From contig JBBITI010000018.1 in assembly GCA_037440885.1 (NCBI GenBank), positions 1 to 50,564 of the forward strand: a DNA stretch of 50,564 nt, in the 5' to 3' direction. A model generated the notes under the pieces. It was not told the origin of the DNA and ran no database searches. It saw only the letters and a program-made list of their open reading frames with translations. This document shows positions 9,431 to 20,725 of this stretch, in pieces. Origin of the DNA: Dehalococcoidales bacterium (lineage in GTDB: Bacteria > Chloroflexota > Dehalococcoidia > Dehalococcoidales > UBA2162). The translations under genes were made by a program, and so were the position numbers. The stretch's first letter is position 1, and every line of letters starts with the position of its first letter.

Positions 9431-9739
9431 ATGGCGAAACAGAAGATACGGATCAAGTTGAAAGGCTTCGACTATAAACTGGTAGACCAGGCAGCGGAGC
9501 AGATCGTGGAGACGGTAGAGCGTACCGGTGCCGTGGTGTCGGGACCAATCCCACTGCCGACCAGGATCAAACGTTTTAGCGTCATCCGGTCACCTTTTAT
9601 CGACAAGCGTTCCCAGGAGCAATTCGAGATCAGGACCCACACACGCTTGATCGATATAGTGGAAACCAGTTCGAAAACCATTGATTCTTTAACCAGCCTG
9701 AATCTTCCGTCTGGTGTTGAAATAGATATCAAGTTGTGA
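9431..9739 (+). CDS. rpsJ: 30S ribosomal protein S10
   Basis: [25 protein letters not shown]. Confidence 0.98.
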   Translation: MAKQKIRIKLKGFDYKLVDQAAEQIVETVERTGAVVSGPIPLPTRIKRFSVIRSPFIDKRSQEQFEIRTHTRLIDIVETSSKTIDSLTSLNLPSGVEIDIKL

Positions 9740-9744
9740 GAGAG

Positions 9745-10359
9745 ATGTTACAAGGAATAATCGGCCGCAAGCTGGGGATGACCCAGATGTACAGAGAAAA
9801 CGGGAGAATCGAAGCTGTCACTGCTGTCGAAGCCGGTCCGTGTGCGATCACACAGATCAAAACACCGGATAAAGAGGGATATACAGCAGTACAGTTAGGT
9901 TTTGAAGAAAGCAAGCGTGTGAATTCGGCTGAAAAAGGCCATTTAAAAGGTCTGGCGCCATACCGGCATCTACGGGAATTCCGAGTAGAATCGGTATCTG
10001 AAACCAAGGTGGGCGACTTGATCGACGTCAATGTGTTCAAGCCAGGCGACAAGGTTGACGTGGTTGGCATTTCCAAAGGAAAAGGTTTCGCCGGCGTAGT
10101 GAAAAGACATCATTTTAAAGGCGGACCGAAAACACACGGACAAACCGACCGGCAACGTCATCCAGGAGCCATCGGGTCCACCACGACGCCAGGTCATGTG
10201 AAAAAAGGGTTACGCATGGCGGGACACATGGGAAGCCAGCGGGTAACCGTACGCAGGCTGGAAATAATGAAGATCGATCCGGCCCGCAATATTCTACTGA
10301 TCCGAGGGGCAGTGCCAGGCTCCGATGACGAGCTTGTATTAATAAAGAAGTCGAAGTAA
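9745..10359 (+). CDS. rplC: 50S ribosomal protein L3
   Basis: GRKLGMTQ, KGKGFAG, MAGHMG. Start is the ATG at 9745 or the GTG at 9736. Confidence 0.97.
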   Translation: MLQGIIGRKLGMTQMYRENGRIEAVTAVEAGPCAITQIKTPDKEGYTAVQLGFEESKRVNSAEKGHLKGLAPYRHLREFRVESVSETKVGDLIDVNVFKPGDKVDVVGISKGKGFAGVVKRHHFKGGPKTHGQTDRQRHPGAIGSTTTPGHVKKGLRMAGHMGSQRVTVRRLEIMKIDPARNILLIRGAVPGSDDELVLIKKSK

Positions 10360-10371
10360 AGGAACAGACAA

Positions 10372-11013
10372 GTGCAAGTCCCAGTACGCAGCACTACAGG
10401 TAAAACAGTTAAACAGATAGAGATCAGCGACTACGTATTCGGTCTGAAACCGAACGTAGCGGTAGCGCATCAGGCATTATTGCGACAGCGGGCGAACGAA
10501 CGGCAGGGCAATGCCAGCGCCAAGACACGCGGCGAGGTAGCGGGAAGCACCAAGAAGCCGTATGCCCAGAAACACACGGGCAGGGCGCGGGCGGGGAGCA
10601 TCAAATCGCCACTGAAGAGAGGCGGTGGTATCATATTCCCACCGAAACCGAGAAGCTATCAGCAGGCGATGCCGAAGAAGATGAGGCGACTGGCGATCCG
10701 CTCGGTACTTTCAAGCAAAGTTGCGGAGCAAGAATTTATCGTGCTGGACCAATTCAGCATGGAAGCTCCAAAGACAAAAGAGATGTACGGAGTATTGAGC
10801 GCGCTGGGGATCGATTCCACGGCATTGATTGCGACAGCGCACCCGGACCAAAACGTAATCAAGTCAGCCCGCAACATACCCGGGGTGACCACCATACCGG
10901 CGAATTTATTGAACGTAGCCGATTTATTGTCCCACAAAGTACTGCTGATGACCGAAGAGGCCGTCCGGAAAACCGAAGAGTTGTGGGGCGACAGCACTTC
11001 CGAAGGAGAATAA
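10372..11013 (+). CDS. rplD: 50S ribosomal protein L4
   Basis: KTRGEVAG, QKHTGRARAGS, PKPRSY. Confidence 0.97.
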   Translation: MQVPVRSTTGKTVKQIEISDYVFGLKPNVAVAHQALLRQRANERQGNASAKTRGEVAGSTKKPYAQKHTGRARAGSIKSPLKRGGGIIFPPKPRSYQQAMPKKMRRLAIRSVLSSKVAEQEFIVLDQFSMEAPKTKEMYGVLSALGIDSTALIATAHPDQNVIKSARNIPGVTTIPANLLNVADLLSHKVLLMTEEAVRKTEELWGDSTSEGE

Positions 11014-11014
11014 G

Positions 11015-11302
11015 GTGAACCTGTACGAAGTACTAAAACGCCCATTAATAACAGAAAAATACACGGCACTTCAAGCTGAAGGCAAATATGCCTTCGAGGT
11101 ATCAATGAGCGCTACGAAACCGCAGGTAAAAAATGCGGTGGAGAAGGCGTTCAAGGTGAGTGTGACCGGCTTAAACATGATGAACGTAGCCGGAAGAACA
11201 CGGAGGGTGGGGAGAAGAGTAATACCGGCGAAACCGTGGAAAAAAGCGGTAGTTACGTTAAAGCCGGGGGATAAAATAGAGCTGTTTGAAACAGCTTCTT
11301 AG
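11015..11302 (+). CDS. rplW: 50S ribosomal protein L23
   Basis: [14 protein letters not shown]. Confidence 0.97.
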   Translation: MNLYEVLKRPLITEKYTALQAEGKYAFEVSMSATKPQVKNAVEKAFKVSVTGLNMMNVAGRTRRVGRRVIPAKPWKKAVVTLKPGDKIELFETAS

Positions 11303-11316
11303 GTGGAGTAAATACA

Positions 11317-12147
11317 GTGGCAGTTAAGCAATACCGTCCGACATCACCCGGCCGCCGGGGCATGACGGGCGCCAGTTTCGAAGAGGTCACCAAGGACAAG
11401 CCAGAAAAATCGCTACTGGCAGCTCTACGAAAACGCGGCGGACGCAATAACCAGGGTAAAGTGACCGTGCATCACCGGGGCGGCGGGGCGAAGCGGAATT
11501 TGCGGATACTGGATTTCAAGAGAGACAAGGTAGGGATTCCGGGCCGGGTGGCCGCGATCGAGTACGATCCGAACCGGACGGCGCGGATTGCCCTGATATA
11601 TTATGCCGATGGGGAGAAGCGATATATTTTAGCCCCGATCGGGCTTAATGTCGGCGATACGATCATGACCGGACCGGATGCCGAAATGCGGCCCGGCAAC
11701 AACATGGCCATAAAGCTGATGCCCAGCGGGGCCATGATCCACAGTATCGAAATCCAGAAGGGGAAAGGGGCGCAACTGGTCCGAAGCGCCGGAACCGCGG
11801 CACAACTGATGGCGAAAGAGGGCGATAGAGCGTTGATACGGCTGCCTTCAGGGGAAATGAGATACGTGATGGGCGAATGTACGGCCACCATCGGGCAGGT
11901 GGGGAACGTCGACCACCAGGCGATAAAACTGGGCAAGGCGGGGCGGAAGCGGTGGCTGGGAATACGGCCAACAGTGAGAGGCACGGCGAAGACGCCGCGC
12001 GATCATCCGCACGGTGGCGGGGAAGGGCGGAGCCCGATAGGCTTACCCGGACCCAAGTCTCCGTGGGGCAAGCCGACGCTGGGTCACAAGACGCGGAAGA
12101 AGAGCAAACCGTCGAGCAAGATGATAATGAAGCGACGGGGCAAATAA
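11317..12147 (+). CDS. rplB: 50S ribosomal protein L2
   Basis: [23 protein letters not shown]. Confidence 0.98.
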   Translation: MAVKQYRPTSPGRRGMTGASFEEVTKDKPEKSLLAALRKRGGRNNQGKVTVHHRGGGAKRNLRILDFKRDKVGIPGRVAAIEYDPNRTARIALIYYADGEKRYILAPIGLNVGDTIMTGPDAEMRPGNNMAIKLMPSGAMIHSIEIQKGKGAQLVRSAGTAAQLMAKEGDRALIRLPSGEMRYVMGECTATIGQVGNVDHQAIKLGKAGRKRWLGIRPTVRGTAKTPRDHPHGGGEGRSPIGLPGPKSPWGKPTLGHKTRKKSKPSSKMIMKRRGK

Positions 12148-12175
12148 CAGGGAAGTAATTTGAGGTAAATAAGGG

Positions 12176-12490
12176 ATGTCAAGGTCAACAAAAAAGGGTC
12201 CGGCGACTCAGCCGCAGTTGATGAAGAAGGTTGAGGCGATAAACCGGTCCGGCCAGAAGACGGTCATAAAGACATGGGCACGGTGGTCAACGGTAGTGCC
12301 GGAGATGATCGGCCTGACCATCGGGGTACATGACGGACGGCGGCATGTGCCGGTATTTATTACGGAAAACATGGTCGGGCACAGGCTGGGAGAATTCGCG
12401 CCCACCCGGACTTTCCGGGGACATACCGCGAAGGCCGAGAAAGAAGCGAAGGCGGCCGCGAGTACTGCGACACCGGTTGCAAGCGCTTAG
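12176..12490 (+). CDS. rpsS: 30S ribosomal protein S19
   Basis: [20 protein letters not shown]. Confidence 0.98.
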   Translation: MSRSTKKGPATQPQLMKKVEAINRSGQKTVIKTWARWSTVVPEMIGLTIGVHDGRRHVPVFITENMVGHRLGEFAPTRTFRGHTAKAEKEAKAAASTATPVASA

Positions 12491-12510
12491 AATTGATCAG
12501 GACTTGATAA

Positions 12511-12858
12511 ATGGACATACAAGCTGTTGCTAAAAATGTAAGGGTATCGCCGAACAAGGTGAGGCTTCTTGCCGACATGGTAAGGGGCAAAAGAGTGGAG
12601 GAGGCGATAAAGCTATTGACATTTACGCCGACTCCGAATGCTTTGGCGGTGATAAAAGCAATTAAATCCGCGGCGGCGAATGCCGAGAAAGGATACCAGA
12701 TGTCGACGGAATCGCTGACGATCAACCGGATCACAGTGGATTCGGGCATGACAATGAAGCGTTACCGCTCAGCAGCCCGCGGCCGGGTAAGTCCGATTTT
12801 GAAGCGAACCAGCCATATTACGGTTGTCGTCACTGAACAGGAGAAACATGGGGCATAA
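12511..12858 (+). CDS. rplV: 50S ribosomal protein L22
   Basis: SPNKVRL, KSAAANA, ARGR..ILKRTSHITV. Confidence 0.98.
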   Translation: MDIQAVAKNVRVSPNKVRLLADMVRGKRVEEAIKLLTFTPTPNALAVIKAIKSAAANAEKGYQMSTESLTINRITVDSGMTMKRYRSAARGRVSPILKRTSHITVVVTEQEKHGA

Positions 12859-13780
12859 AGTTAATCCGACAGGTTTTAGAATAGGCGTGATCAAGACATG
12901 GCAGGCTAAATGGCATGCCAACCGACACTATGCCGACTACCTGGCGGAAGACAACAAGATTCGCCAGGTAATCGAGCAGAAATATCCGGATGCGGCGATA
13001 TCCAGTGTAGAGATCGAACGGCAATCGCACCAGGTAACGGCGACGATAAACACGGCGCGGCCGGGGATAGTGATCGGACGCGGGGGTCAGCGAGTCGACG
13101 AAATCCGACGCTTTTTAGAGAAGACAATCGGTAAAAAGATACAGTTGAACATCAAGGAAGTACAGCAGCCGGAGCTTGATGCCCGGCTGGTAGCCCGGTC
13201 AATTGCCGACCAACTGGAGAGGCGGATCGCGTACCGGCGGGCGATGAAGCAGGCCATGGCGCGGACGATCCAAGCCGGAGGCAAGGGGATCAAGGTAGCG
13301 GTAGCCGGGAGGTTGGGCGGGGCGGAAATCGCCCGGCGATTGAACATGCATGAGGGGCGCGTACCGCTGCACACCTTACGGGCTGACATCGATTATGGTT
13401 TCGTGGAAGCGCGGACGGTAATGGGATGCATCGGGATAAAAACATGGATTTACAAAGGTGAAATCCTGCCCGAACTGAAGACCGAAGAAGAGACTTCAGC
13501 CGCTCCGGAGCCGGTCGTGGTGACGGAACCGGTAAACACGGCCAGGACTTCGGCGACGAAAGAAGAGGAGAAACCGGCCGAGGTTGATATTACAGTTGAA
13601 ATACCCGCCGCGAGCGAAGGAACAGCTGCGGATGTAATTGTTCCGGTAGCAGAAGAGAAGCAAAAGGTAGTCAGGGTCAGGCGGAAGCCGGCTGTGCGAA
13701 AAACGGCGAAAGCCGCAGACGAGACAGGAAGCGAATCAGAGGCGCTGACCGAACCAGGAGAAGATAATGCTGCAGCCTAA
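12848..13780 (+). CDS. rpsC: 30S ribosomal protein S3 with a long C-terminal extension
   Basis: [11 protein letters not shown] start at 12848, [20 protein letters not shown]. Confidence 0.97.
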   Translation: MGHKVNPTGFRIGVIKTWQAKWHANRHYADYLAEDNKIRQVIEQKYPDAAISSVEIERQSHQVTATINTARPGIVIGRGGQRVDEIRRFLEKTIGKKIQLNIKEVQQPELDARLVARSIADQLERRIAYRRAMKQAMARTIQAGGKGIKVAVAGRLGGAEIARRLNMHEGRVPLHTLRADIDYGFVEARTVMGCIGIKTWIYKGEILPELKTEEETSAAPEPVVVTEPVNTARTSATKEEEKPAEVDITVEIPAASEGTAADVIVPVAEEKQKVVRVRRKPAVRKTAKAADETGSESEALTEPGEDNAAA

Positions 13781-14216
13781 GCGAGTAAAATTTCGCAAGG
13801 TACAGAGGGGACGGATGAAAGGTGCCGCTCACTCGGGGAACACGGTGGCGTTCGGAGATTTTGGACTGCAGGCGATGGAACCGGCGTGGATTACCGCCCG
13901 GCAGATCGAAGCAGCGCGGCGCGCCATCACGCACCATACAAAAAGGGGCGGCAGCATCTGGGTGAGAGTATTTCCGGATAAATCAGTAACCAAGAAGGCA
14001 GCGGAAACGCGAATGGGCTCCGGGAAGGGGGCGCCCGACCACTGGGTAGCGGTAGTAAAACCGGGGCGTGTGCTTTTTGAAATGTCAGGGGTCGATGAGG
14101 CGACAGCGAAAGAAGCGATGCGGCTGGCAGCGAACAAGTTACCGATCGATGCGCGATTTATTATAAAAACGATTGCCGCTGAAACTGAGAGAGAAGCAGG
14201 AGCGAGTGCCACTTGA
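13767..14216 (+). CDS. rplP: 50S ribosomal protein L16
   Basis: [18 protein letters not shown]. Confidence 0.98.
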   Translation: MLQPKRVKFRKVQRGRMKGAAHSGNTVAFGDFGLQAMEPAWITARQIEAARRAITHHTKRGGSIWVRVFPDKSVTKKAAETRMGSGKGAPDHWVAVVKPGRVLFEMSGVDEATAKEAMRLAANKLPIDARFIIKTIAAETEREAGASAT

Positions 14217-14410
14217 AAATAGCAGACATCAGGGCCTTGAGCAACGAAGATATCGATAAACAGCTTGAGTCAGCACATAAGGAGTTGCTGGATTTGCGGT
14301 TCCAACTGGTGACGAAACAACTGGTTAATCACCGGCGCATTCTGGCAACGCGCAAGAAAATTGCCCAGTTGAATACGATCAAGCGTGAAAGAGAGTTGAG
14401 TGAAAACTAA
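14213..14410 (+). CDS. rpmC: 50S ribosomal protein L29
   Basis: [17 protein letters not shown]; operon position. Confidence 0.95.
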   Translation: MKIADIRALSNEDIDKQLESAHKELLDLRFQLVTKQLVNHRRILATRKKIAQLNTIKRERELSEN

Positions 14411-14442
14411 GATACTTTCTGGAACGAAGCAGGCAGGTAACA

Positions 14443-14724
14443 ATGGAAGTAATTAAAAAGACCCGGACCGGCCAGGTTTTGAGCAACAAAATGAATAAGA
14501 CAGTCATAGTCGGTGTGGAGACTGTGAAGAAGCACCGGCTTTATAATAAGAGTGTAAAAAAAATAGTCAGATATAAAGCGCATGATGCCAACAGCGAATG
14601 TAATCCCGGGGATACTGTACGGATCGTAGAAACCCGGCCGATATCGAAAGACAAGCACTGGCGGGTATCAGAAATAGTGAATAAAGTGGAACAGATAACG
14701 ATAGCGCCGAAGGAAGTAACCTAA
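14443..14724 (+). CDS. rpsQ: 30S ribosomal protein S17
   Basis: KMNKTVIV, ETRPISKDK. Confidence 0.97.
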   Translation: MEVIKKTRTGQVLSNKMNKTVIVGVETVKKHRLYNKSVKKIVRYKAHDANSECNPGDTVRIVETRPISKDKHWRVSEIVNKVEQITIAPKEVT

Positions 14725-14762
14725 GCAAAACAGGGGTAAATTGGTAATACAGGTGGAGCCAG

Positions 14763-15131
14763 ATGATTCAACCTTACAGTCGATTAAAAATAGCAGATAA
14801 CACCGGAGCCCGGCAGATCATGTGTATCGGACTGCTCGGCGGCAGCGGTCGCAAATATGCGCGGATCGGGGACATCGTGGTTGCTTCGGTCAAGCGAGCG
14901 ATTCCGGGAGGCACGGTAAAAAAGGGCGAAGTGGTGCGCGCGGTAATCGTGAGAAGTACGCATCCTTACCGGCGGCTTGACGGTTCTTACATAAAGTTTG
15001 ATGAGAACGCCGCGGTAATTATCAGCGAAAAGAATAATCCCAAAGGGACCCGTATCTTCGGTCCGGTAGCCCGAGAATTAAGGGAGAAAGAGTTTACAAA
15101 AATCATATCGCTGGCGCCAGAGGTTCTGTAA
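14763..15131 (+). CDS. rplN: 50S ribosomal protein L14
   Basis: [25 protein letters not shown]. Confidence 0.98.
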   Translation: MIQPYSRLKIADNTGARQIMCIGLLGGSGRKYARIGDIVVASVKRAIPGGTVKKGEVVRAVIVRSTHPYRRLDGSYIKFDENAAVIISEKNNPKGTRIFGPVARELREKEFTKIISLAPEVL

Positions 15132-15443
15132 ATGAAAATCAGAAAGAATGATAACGTCCTGGTGATAGCCGGGAAAGACCGGGGCAAGACAGGCAAGGTA
15201 AGGGTCGCCTATCCCGACGGCGAGAAGTTGCTGGTCGAAGGCGTCAACATGATCAAGAAGCACAAGAAGGCGGTCCAGGGCGTGAGACAGGCCGGGATTA
15301 TCGAACGCGAGGCCACGATCAAAGCATCCAACGTGATGCTGCTGTGCAACAAGTGCAACAAACCGGCGAGGGTCGGCGTGATCATACTGCAGGACGGAAA
15401 CAAGGCACGGGTATGCCGGGTTTGTCATGAGGTGATTGACTAG
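15132..15443 (+). CDS. rplX: 50S ribosomal protein L24
   Basis: VIAGKDRGKTG, VEGVN; CxxC...CxxC in the C-terminus. Confidence 0.97.
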   Translation: MKIRKNDNVLVIAGKDRGKTGKVRVAYPDGEKLLVEGVNMIKKHKKAVQGVRQAGIIEREATIKASNVMLLCNKCNKPARVGVIILQDGNKARVCRVCHEVID

Positions 15444-15986
15444 ATGTCGGAGCTTAAACAGAAGTACCTGAAAGAAGTAGTACCTGCCCTGAGAGAGCGT
15501 TTCGGGTACAAGAACGTGATGCAGGTACCCCGGGTCACCAAAGTGGTGATGAACATAGGTCTTGGCGAAGCGATATCCAATGCCAAAGCACTGGAGGCTG
15601 CGGAGAGGGACCTGGCGACAATTGCCGGGCAACACCCGATCATTACTAGATCAAAGCGATCGATATCAGCTTTCCGTTTGCGGACCGGCATGCCGATCGG
15701 GATGAAAGTGACATTACGGGGCAAGCGGATGTATGAATTCCTGGACAGACTGGTAAATGCGGTAGTGTTCCGGATAAGGGAATTTCAAGGCGTACCGCGG
15801 AACGCGTTTGACGGGCGGGGCAGTTATACGCTGGCCTTCCGGGAACAGACCGTATTTCCAGAAATAGATTACGAAAAGGTCGACAAACTGCGTGGTCTGG
15901 AAATATCGATAGTAACGAATGCAAAAAATGATGAGGAGGGGAGGAGTCTCCTGGAACTGCTGGGAATGCCGTTTTCTCGAGAATAA
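15444..15986 (+). CDS. rplE: 50S ribosomal protein L5
   Basis: NVMQVPR, KVTLRG, FDGRG, FPEI. Confidence 0.98.
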   Translation: MSELKQKYLKEVVPALRERFGYKNVMQVPRVTKVVMNIGLGEAISNAKALEAAERDLATIAGQHPIITRSKRSISAFRLRTGMPIGMKVTLRGKRMYEFLDRLVNAVVFRIREFQGVPRNAFDGRGSYTLAFREQTVFPEIDYEKVDKLRGLEISIVTNAKNDEEGRSLLELLGMPFSRE

Positions 15987-15993
15987 ATGAACT

Positions 15994-16179
15994 ATGGCTA
16001 AGAAATCTGCGATCGCCAAATGGGAACGCCCTCCGAAATACAAGGTGCAAAGACATAATCGCTGCCGGAAATGCGGCCGGCCCAGGGCCTATATCCGGCA
16101 ATTCGGACTATGCAGAATTTGTTTCCGCGAGCTTGCGCTGGCCGGACAAACGCCCGGCGTAAGAAAGTCGAGCTGGTAA
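15994..16179 (+). CDS. rpsN: 30S ribosomal protein S14 type Z (zinc-binding)
   Basis: 61 aa; [15 protein letters not shown]. Confidence 0.97.
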   Translation: MAKKSAIAKWERPPKYKVQRHNRCRKCGRPRAYIRQFGLCRICFRELALAGQTPGVRKSSW

Positions 16180-16201
16180 AAAGAATTCTAGGGGAAGAAG
16201 A

Positions 16202-16600
16202 TTGACTATCTCTGATCCAATTGCTGATATGTTAACCCGTATCCGGAATGCCAACATGGTGCGGCATGATTCGGTTGTTATCCCGGCGTCAAAAATGAAG
16301 CTGGCGATTGCCAATATTCTGAAGGAAGAAGGATTTATCACCGACTTCGAATTGATCAAAGGGAAACCGCATAAGAGTATCAAGATTATATTGAAGTACA
16401 TGGAGAAGAACCGCCCGGCGGTCAGTACACTGGAGCGGGTGAGTAAACCGGGGCTCCGGGTTTACGTAGACCGGGGTGAGATCCCACGGCTTGCGGGGGG
16501 GCTGGGGCTTGCGATCGTTTCGACCTCGAAGGGGGTCATGAGCGGACACCAGGCGCGGCGCCGGGGGATCGGCGGCGAGTTGTTATGCTACGTGATGTAA
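16202..16600 (+). CDS. rpsH: 30S ribosomal protein S8
   Basis: [26 protein letters not shown]. Confidence 0.98.
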   Translation: MTISDPIADMLTRIRNANMVRHDSVVIPASKMKLAIANILKEEGFITDFELIKGKPHKSIKIILKYMEKNRPAVSTLERVSKPGLRVYVDRGEIPRLAGGLGLAIVSTSKGVMSGHQARRRGIGGELLCYVM

Positions 16601-16616
16601 GGTTGGAGTACAGAAC

Positions 16617-17171
16617 ATGTCAAGAGTAGGAAAGTCGCCGATCAATATACCGTCAGGGGTTACGGTAATTATTGATAAAAACGAAGTAACAGTGAAAGGG
16701 CCGAAGGGCGAACTGAAGCGCACGCTTCATCCGGACATAACGGTTGTCCTGGAAGGGGCGAAGCTCAGTGTAACAAGACCCGATGACGAGCGCGGGCATC
16801 GAGCGCTGCACGGCCTCACGCGGACTCTGCTGGCCAACATGGTCGAGGGAGTAACCAAGGGGTTCGAAAAAGGACTGGAAATCACGGGTGTCGGCTACCG
16901 GGCTGAGAAAGCAGGCAATAACCTGATCATCAGGGTCGGGTATACCAAGCCGGTCGAAGTGGTGCCATTAAGCGGGTTGTCTTTCACACTGGATAGCCCG
17001 ACCCGGTTTAAAGTGGTCGGCAGTGACAAAGAGATGGTAGGGGAAATGGCCGCCCGGATCCGGGGCATACGGCCACCGGATGTGTACCGGGGGAAAGGCA
17101 TTAAATACACCGGTGAAGTCGTCCGGCACAAGGCAGGCAAGGCAGCCAAAGCGATAGGGAGCAAGGGTTAA
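16617..17171 (+). CDS. rplF: 50S ribosomal protein L6
   Basis: [25 protein letters not shown]. Confidence 0.98.
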   Translation: MSRVGKSPINIPSGVTVIIDKNEVTVKGPKGELKRTLHPDITVVLEGAKLSVTRPDDERGHRALHGLTRTLLANMVEGVTKGFEKGLEITGVGYRAEKAGNNLIIRVGYTKPVEVVPLSGLSFTLDSPTRFKVVGSDKEMVGEMAARIRGIRPPDVYRGKGIKYTGEVVRHKAGKAAKAIGSKG

Positions 17172-17537
17172 ATGAGCAAGATTACACCGCGAGAGGCGCG
17201 TATCCGCAGGCACCGGCGCGTCCGGTTGACATTAGCAGGGACTTCCGAACAACCACGGTTATGCGTATTTCGAAGTTTGAATAATATATATGCCCAGGTA
17301 ATCGATGATTCGACCGGGAAGACGCTGGCGTCCGCTTCAACCATCGGCGGAGAACTGAAGGAAAAGGCAGAGGCGAAACCGAAAACCGAACAGGCGAAGA
17401 TGGTGGGGTTGCAGGTTGCCAAAGAGGCGTTGAGCAAGGGAATCAGCCAGGTAGTATTCGACCGCGGCGGGTACAGGTATCACGGACGCGTCAAGGCGTT
17501 AGCGGAAGCCGCCCGGCAAGCGGGCTTAAAATTCTAA
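17172..17537 (+). CDS. rplR: 50S ribosomal protein L18
   Basis: [25 protein letters not shown]. Confidence 0.98.
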   Translation: MSKITPREARIRRHRRVRLTLAGTSEQPRLCVFRSLNNIYAQVIDDSTGKTLASASTIGGELKEKAEAKPKTEQAKMVGLQVAKEALSKGISQVVFDRGGYRYHGRVKALAEAARQAGLKF

Positions 17538-17566
17538 TACCAAGCAGAGTACACTAAGGGGGCAAG

Positions 17567-18088
17567 TTGACTAGCAGTATTAAGATTGAACCGAGCGAAC
17601 TAGCATTAAACGACAAGTTGATCGCGATCAACCGGGTGGCCAAAGTGTTGAAAGGCGGCAAGCACTTGCGTTTCAGTGCACTGGTAGTCACCGGAGACAG
17701 CCAGGGCCACGTGGGCATCGGCCTGGGGAAAGCTAACGAAGTGCCGGTGGCGATCAGCAAAGCCAGCGCTACGGCTAAAAAGAACCTGGTTACAGTTCCT
17801 TTAGCCGGTACGACGATTCCTTATGAAATAAGGATCAAATACGGCGCGGCTGATGTATTGCTGAAGCCGGCAGCGCCGGGAACGGGGATAATTGCCGGCG
17901 GTAGCGTGCGGGCGGTCCTGGAGGCGGCGGGGGTGAAAGACGTACTTTCAAAATCGCTCGGCAGCGAAAACAAGATAAATGTGGCAAAAGCGACGATACT
18001 GGCCTTGACTTCGCTGAAGAATCCGCCAGAGGAGCTAGCGAAGCGAAGAGGCGCCCAGCCATCTGAGGGAGCAGTTGCAAGTGGCTAA
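17567..18088 (+). CDS. rpsE: 30S ribosomal protein S5
   Basis: [25 protein letters not shown]. Confidence 0.98.
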   Translation: MTSSIKIEPSELALNDKLIAINRVAKVLKGGKHLRFSALVVTGDSQGHVGIGLGKANEVPVAISKASATAKKNLVTVPLAGTTIPYEIRIKYGAADVLLKPAAPGTGIIAGGSVRAVLEAAGVKDVLSKSLGSENKINVAKATILALTSLKNPPEELAKRRGAQPSEGAVASG

Positions 18089-18272
18089 ATTAGCAATAAC
18101 TTTGATTAAAAGCGGGATCGGATACGGCGAGGATCAAAAGAGGACACTGAAGGCTCTGGGTTTGCACAAACTACAGCAGACGGTAGTCCAAGAAGATTCA
18201 GCAGCGATTCGCGGAATGATAAACAAAGTCAGACATCTGGTTACCGTGGAGGCACAAGGTGAAACAAAATGA
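18081..18272 (+). CDS. rpmD: 50S ribosomal protein L30
   Basis: GTG start at 18081; [19 protein letters not shown]. Confidence 0.95.
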   Translation: MAKLAITLIKSGIGYGEDQKRTLKALGLHKLQQTVVQEDSAAIRGMINKVRHLVTVEAQGETK

Positions 18273-18726
18273 GCTATCCCCGGTACCAGGCTCGAAAAAA
18301 GATCGCAAGAGAGTAGGGCGTGGTAACGGAAGCGGACATGGTACTTATTCAGGACGCGGCTTAAAAGGACAGAAGTCCAGAGCCGGGGGCAAGATGCGTC
18401 CCGGTTTTGAAGGCGGCCAGCTTCCGTTAATCAAGCGGCTACCAAAGAAGCGCGGATTTTATAATCGTTTCCGGATTGATTACGAAGTGGTCAATATAAC
18501 CGAATTGAACGGATTCGCGTCCGGTAGTGAAATCAATGGAGAAGGACTACGGGCTGCGGGGTTAATCCGTTCGACTACCAGGCCGGTAAAAATCCTGGGG
18601 AACGGTGAGATAGACCGGGCACTGACGGTAATCGCGAACAAGTTTTCAGCTACTGCGAAAGCCAAGATCGAAGCTGCCGGAGGGAAGGCAGAGGAGGTTG
18701 CAGATGTCGCAACCGAGGTCAACTAG
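18259..18726 (+). CDS. rplO: 50S ribosomal protein L15
   Basis: [24 protein letters not shown]. Confidence 0.98.
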   Translation: MKQNELSPVPGSKKDRKRVGRGNGSGHGTYSGRGLKGQKSRAGGKMRPGFEGGQLPLIKRLPKKRGFYNRFRIDYEVVNITELNGFASGSEINGEGLRAAGLIRSTTRPVKILGNGEIDRALTVIANKFSATAKAKIEAAGGKAEEVADVATEVN

Positions 18727-20026
18727 ACCCCGGCTACTACAGGCGATGATCGATGCCTTCCGTCTGCCTGATCTGAGACGGAAAATACTGATTACCTTCG
18801 GCATCATCATTGCATTCCGCTTCATCGCCCATATTCCATTACCGGGTGTTGATCTGCCCCAGTTGCGCGAACTGTTTTCGCAGCATGCCTTGTTAGGCAT
18901 GCTGGACATGTTCAGCGGCGGGGCGATGCGCAACTTCAGCGTGGTGGCGATGGGGGTATACCCTTATATTACGGCATCAATTATCATGACGTTAATGGCC
19001 CCGGTAATCCCGCGTTTGCAGGCTTTAAGCCAGGAGGGGGAAGCGGGACGCAATAAAATGAACCGGATCACCCACTGGCTGACAATTCCGATGGCGGCTT
19101 TATCAGGATACGGACAGTTAACCATATTAAGGAATTACGGGGTGTTGGGGGATGCGAGCGCCCTGAGTACGGTAGCGATGATAACGGCTTTGACCGCCGG
19201 AACGATATTCCTGGTATGGATGGGGGAGTTGATCACCGAACACGGGATCGGCAACGGAGTTTCAATAATCATATTTGCCGGTATCGTGGCCGGGTATCCC
19301 CAAACCGTCGGTACCGGTCTATTAGCGAGAGACCAATTCGGCGGATTAATCGCGTATGCCTTGATCAGCCTGGCAACGATAGTGACGATAGTGATATTCA
19401 CGGAGGCACACCGGCGGATTCCGGTACAGTACGCCAAGACGACGTTCCGGGGCGGCCGGATGTACCGACAGTCCGGGGCGACCCACATTCCGCTGCGGGT
19501 CAATGCCGCCGGCATGATACCTTTGATATTCGCAGTATCGCTGGTGATGTTTCCCAGCGTGGTGGCATCTTACTTCATGAATCCGACGGGCACCGATCCG
19601 AATTTCTGGAACGCCGTATATAACCTGTTTGATCCGGCAACAAAACTGCCGCTAGGCATATTTTACTGGGTATTATATTTCTTGCTGGTGGTCGGATTCG
19701 CCTTTTTCTATACAATGATTATATTTCAACAACAGGACCTGTCCGGCACGTTACAAAGGCAGGGTGGTTTTATACCCGGGATCAGACCGGGCAAGAACAC
19801 CTCCGAGTATCTGAATCACGTAATTAACCGGATTACCTGGGCCGGGGCCTTGTTCTTAGCTCTCGTGGCAATCATGCCGTTTCTGGCAAGAGAGATAACC
19901 AATGTGCAGGCCATCCAGTTATCGAGCATGGGCTTGTTGATAGTAGTCGGGGTAACGCTCGATACCATGAAACAGATGGAAGCGCAACTGGTTATGCGCA
20001 GGTATGAAGGTTTTATCAAGCGGTAA
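18704..20026 (+). CDS. secY: preprotein translocase subunit SecY
   Basis: ATG at 18704 after GAGGAGG; GVYPYITASII, GIGNGVS, FIPGIRPG; multiple TM helices. Confidence 0.98.
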   Translation: MSQPRSTRPRLLQAMIDAFRLPDLRRKILITFGIIIAFRFIAHIPLPGVDLPQLRELFSQHALLGMLDMFSGGAMRNFSVVAMGVYPYITASIIMTLMAPVIPRLQALSQEGEAGRNKMNRITHWLTIPMAALSGYGQLTILRNYGVLGDASALSTVAMITALTAGTIFLVWMGELITEHGIGNGVSIIIFAGIVAGYPQTVGTGLLARDQFGGLIAYALISLATIVTIVIFTEAHRRIPVQYAKTTFRGGRMYRQSGATHIPLRVNAAGMIPLIFAVSLVMFPSVVASYFMNPTGTDPNFWNAVYNLFDPATKLPLGIFYWVLYFLLVVGFAFFYTMIIFQQQDLSGTLQRQGGFIPGIRPGKNTSEYLNHVINRITWAGALFLALVAIMPFLAREITNVQAIQLSSMGLLIVVGVTLDTMKQMEAQLVMRRYEGFIKR

Positions 20027-20053
20027 AGCGAGGTCTCGAAGAAGATTAGCGCG

Positions 20054-20722
20054 ATTAATATTGTATTTCTAGGAGCGCCGGGAGCCGGCAAAGGGACCCA
20101 GGCGGCGAGGGTAGCCGGAAGAATGAAGCTAGCCCATATTGCCACGGGAGACCTTTTCCGAACGGCAATCGAGAAGAATACGGCACAGGCTCAACTGGCC
20201 AAGCCGTATATCCAATCAGGCAAGCTGGTTCCGGACGAGATTACAATTAAAATGGTACTGGAGCGAATTGCCGGTGACGATTGCAAGGCCGGGGTGATAT
20301 TTGACGGATTTCCCCGGAACCTGAAACAGGCGGAAGCACTCGACGGGGCATTGTCAGGCCAGAATAAAGCGATCGATTGGGTGGTCTATATCAAAGTCAG
20401 TGAAAAAGCGCTGTTGGACCGGTTGCTGGGGCGGTGGATTTGCCGTAAATGCCAGGCACCTTATCATACTTTATACTCGCCGCCGAAAAGCGCCGGCAAG
20501 TGCGATAAGTGCGGTGGGGAGCTGTACCAGCGCGCGGACGATACCGAAGAGACGGTAAAAAAACGGCTCGTGGTTTTTCATGCCGAAACTGCGCCGTTGA
20601 TCGCATATTACGCAAAAGCCAATAAATTACTGGAGATCGAAGGAGAAGGCCCGGAGGAGACGGTAGAGAGAAGAATAGTCGATATGCTCGAGAAGCCTCC
20701 GATTAAATCGAATAAAAATTGA
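20054..20722 (+). CDS. adk: adenylate kinase (zinc LID) with a non-canonical start
   Basis: The P-loop GAPGAGKGTQ lies upstream of the track's ATG at 20123; also DGFPR, CRKC/CDKC and QRADD. Only ATT codons (20045, 20054) fit as starts. Confidence 0.93.
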   Translation: MNIVFLGAPGAGKGTQAARVAGRMKLAHIATGDLFRTAIEKNTAQAQLAKPYIQSGKLVPDEITIKMVLERIAGDDCKAGVIFDGFPRNLKQAEALDGALSGQNKAIDWVVYIKVSEKALLDRLLGRWICRKCQAPYHTLYSPPKSAGKCDKCGGELYQRADDTEETVKKRLVVFHAETAPLIAYYAKANKLLEIEGEGPEETVERRIVDMLEKPPIKSNKN

Positions 20723-20725
20723 GAA

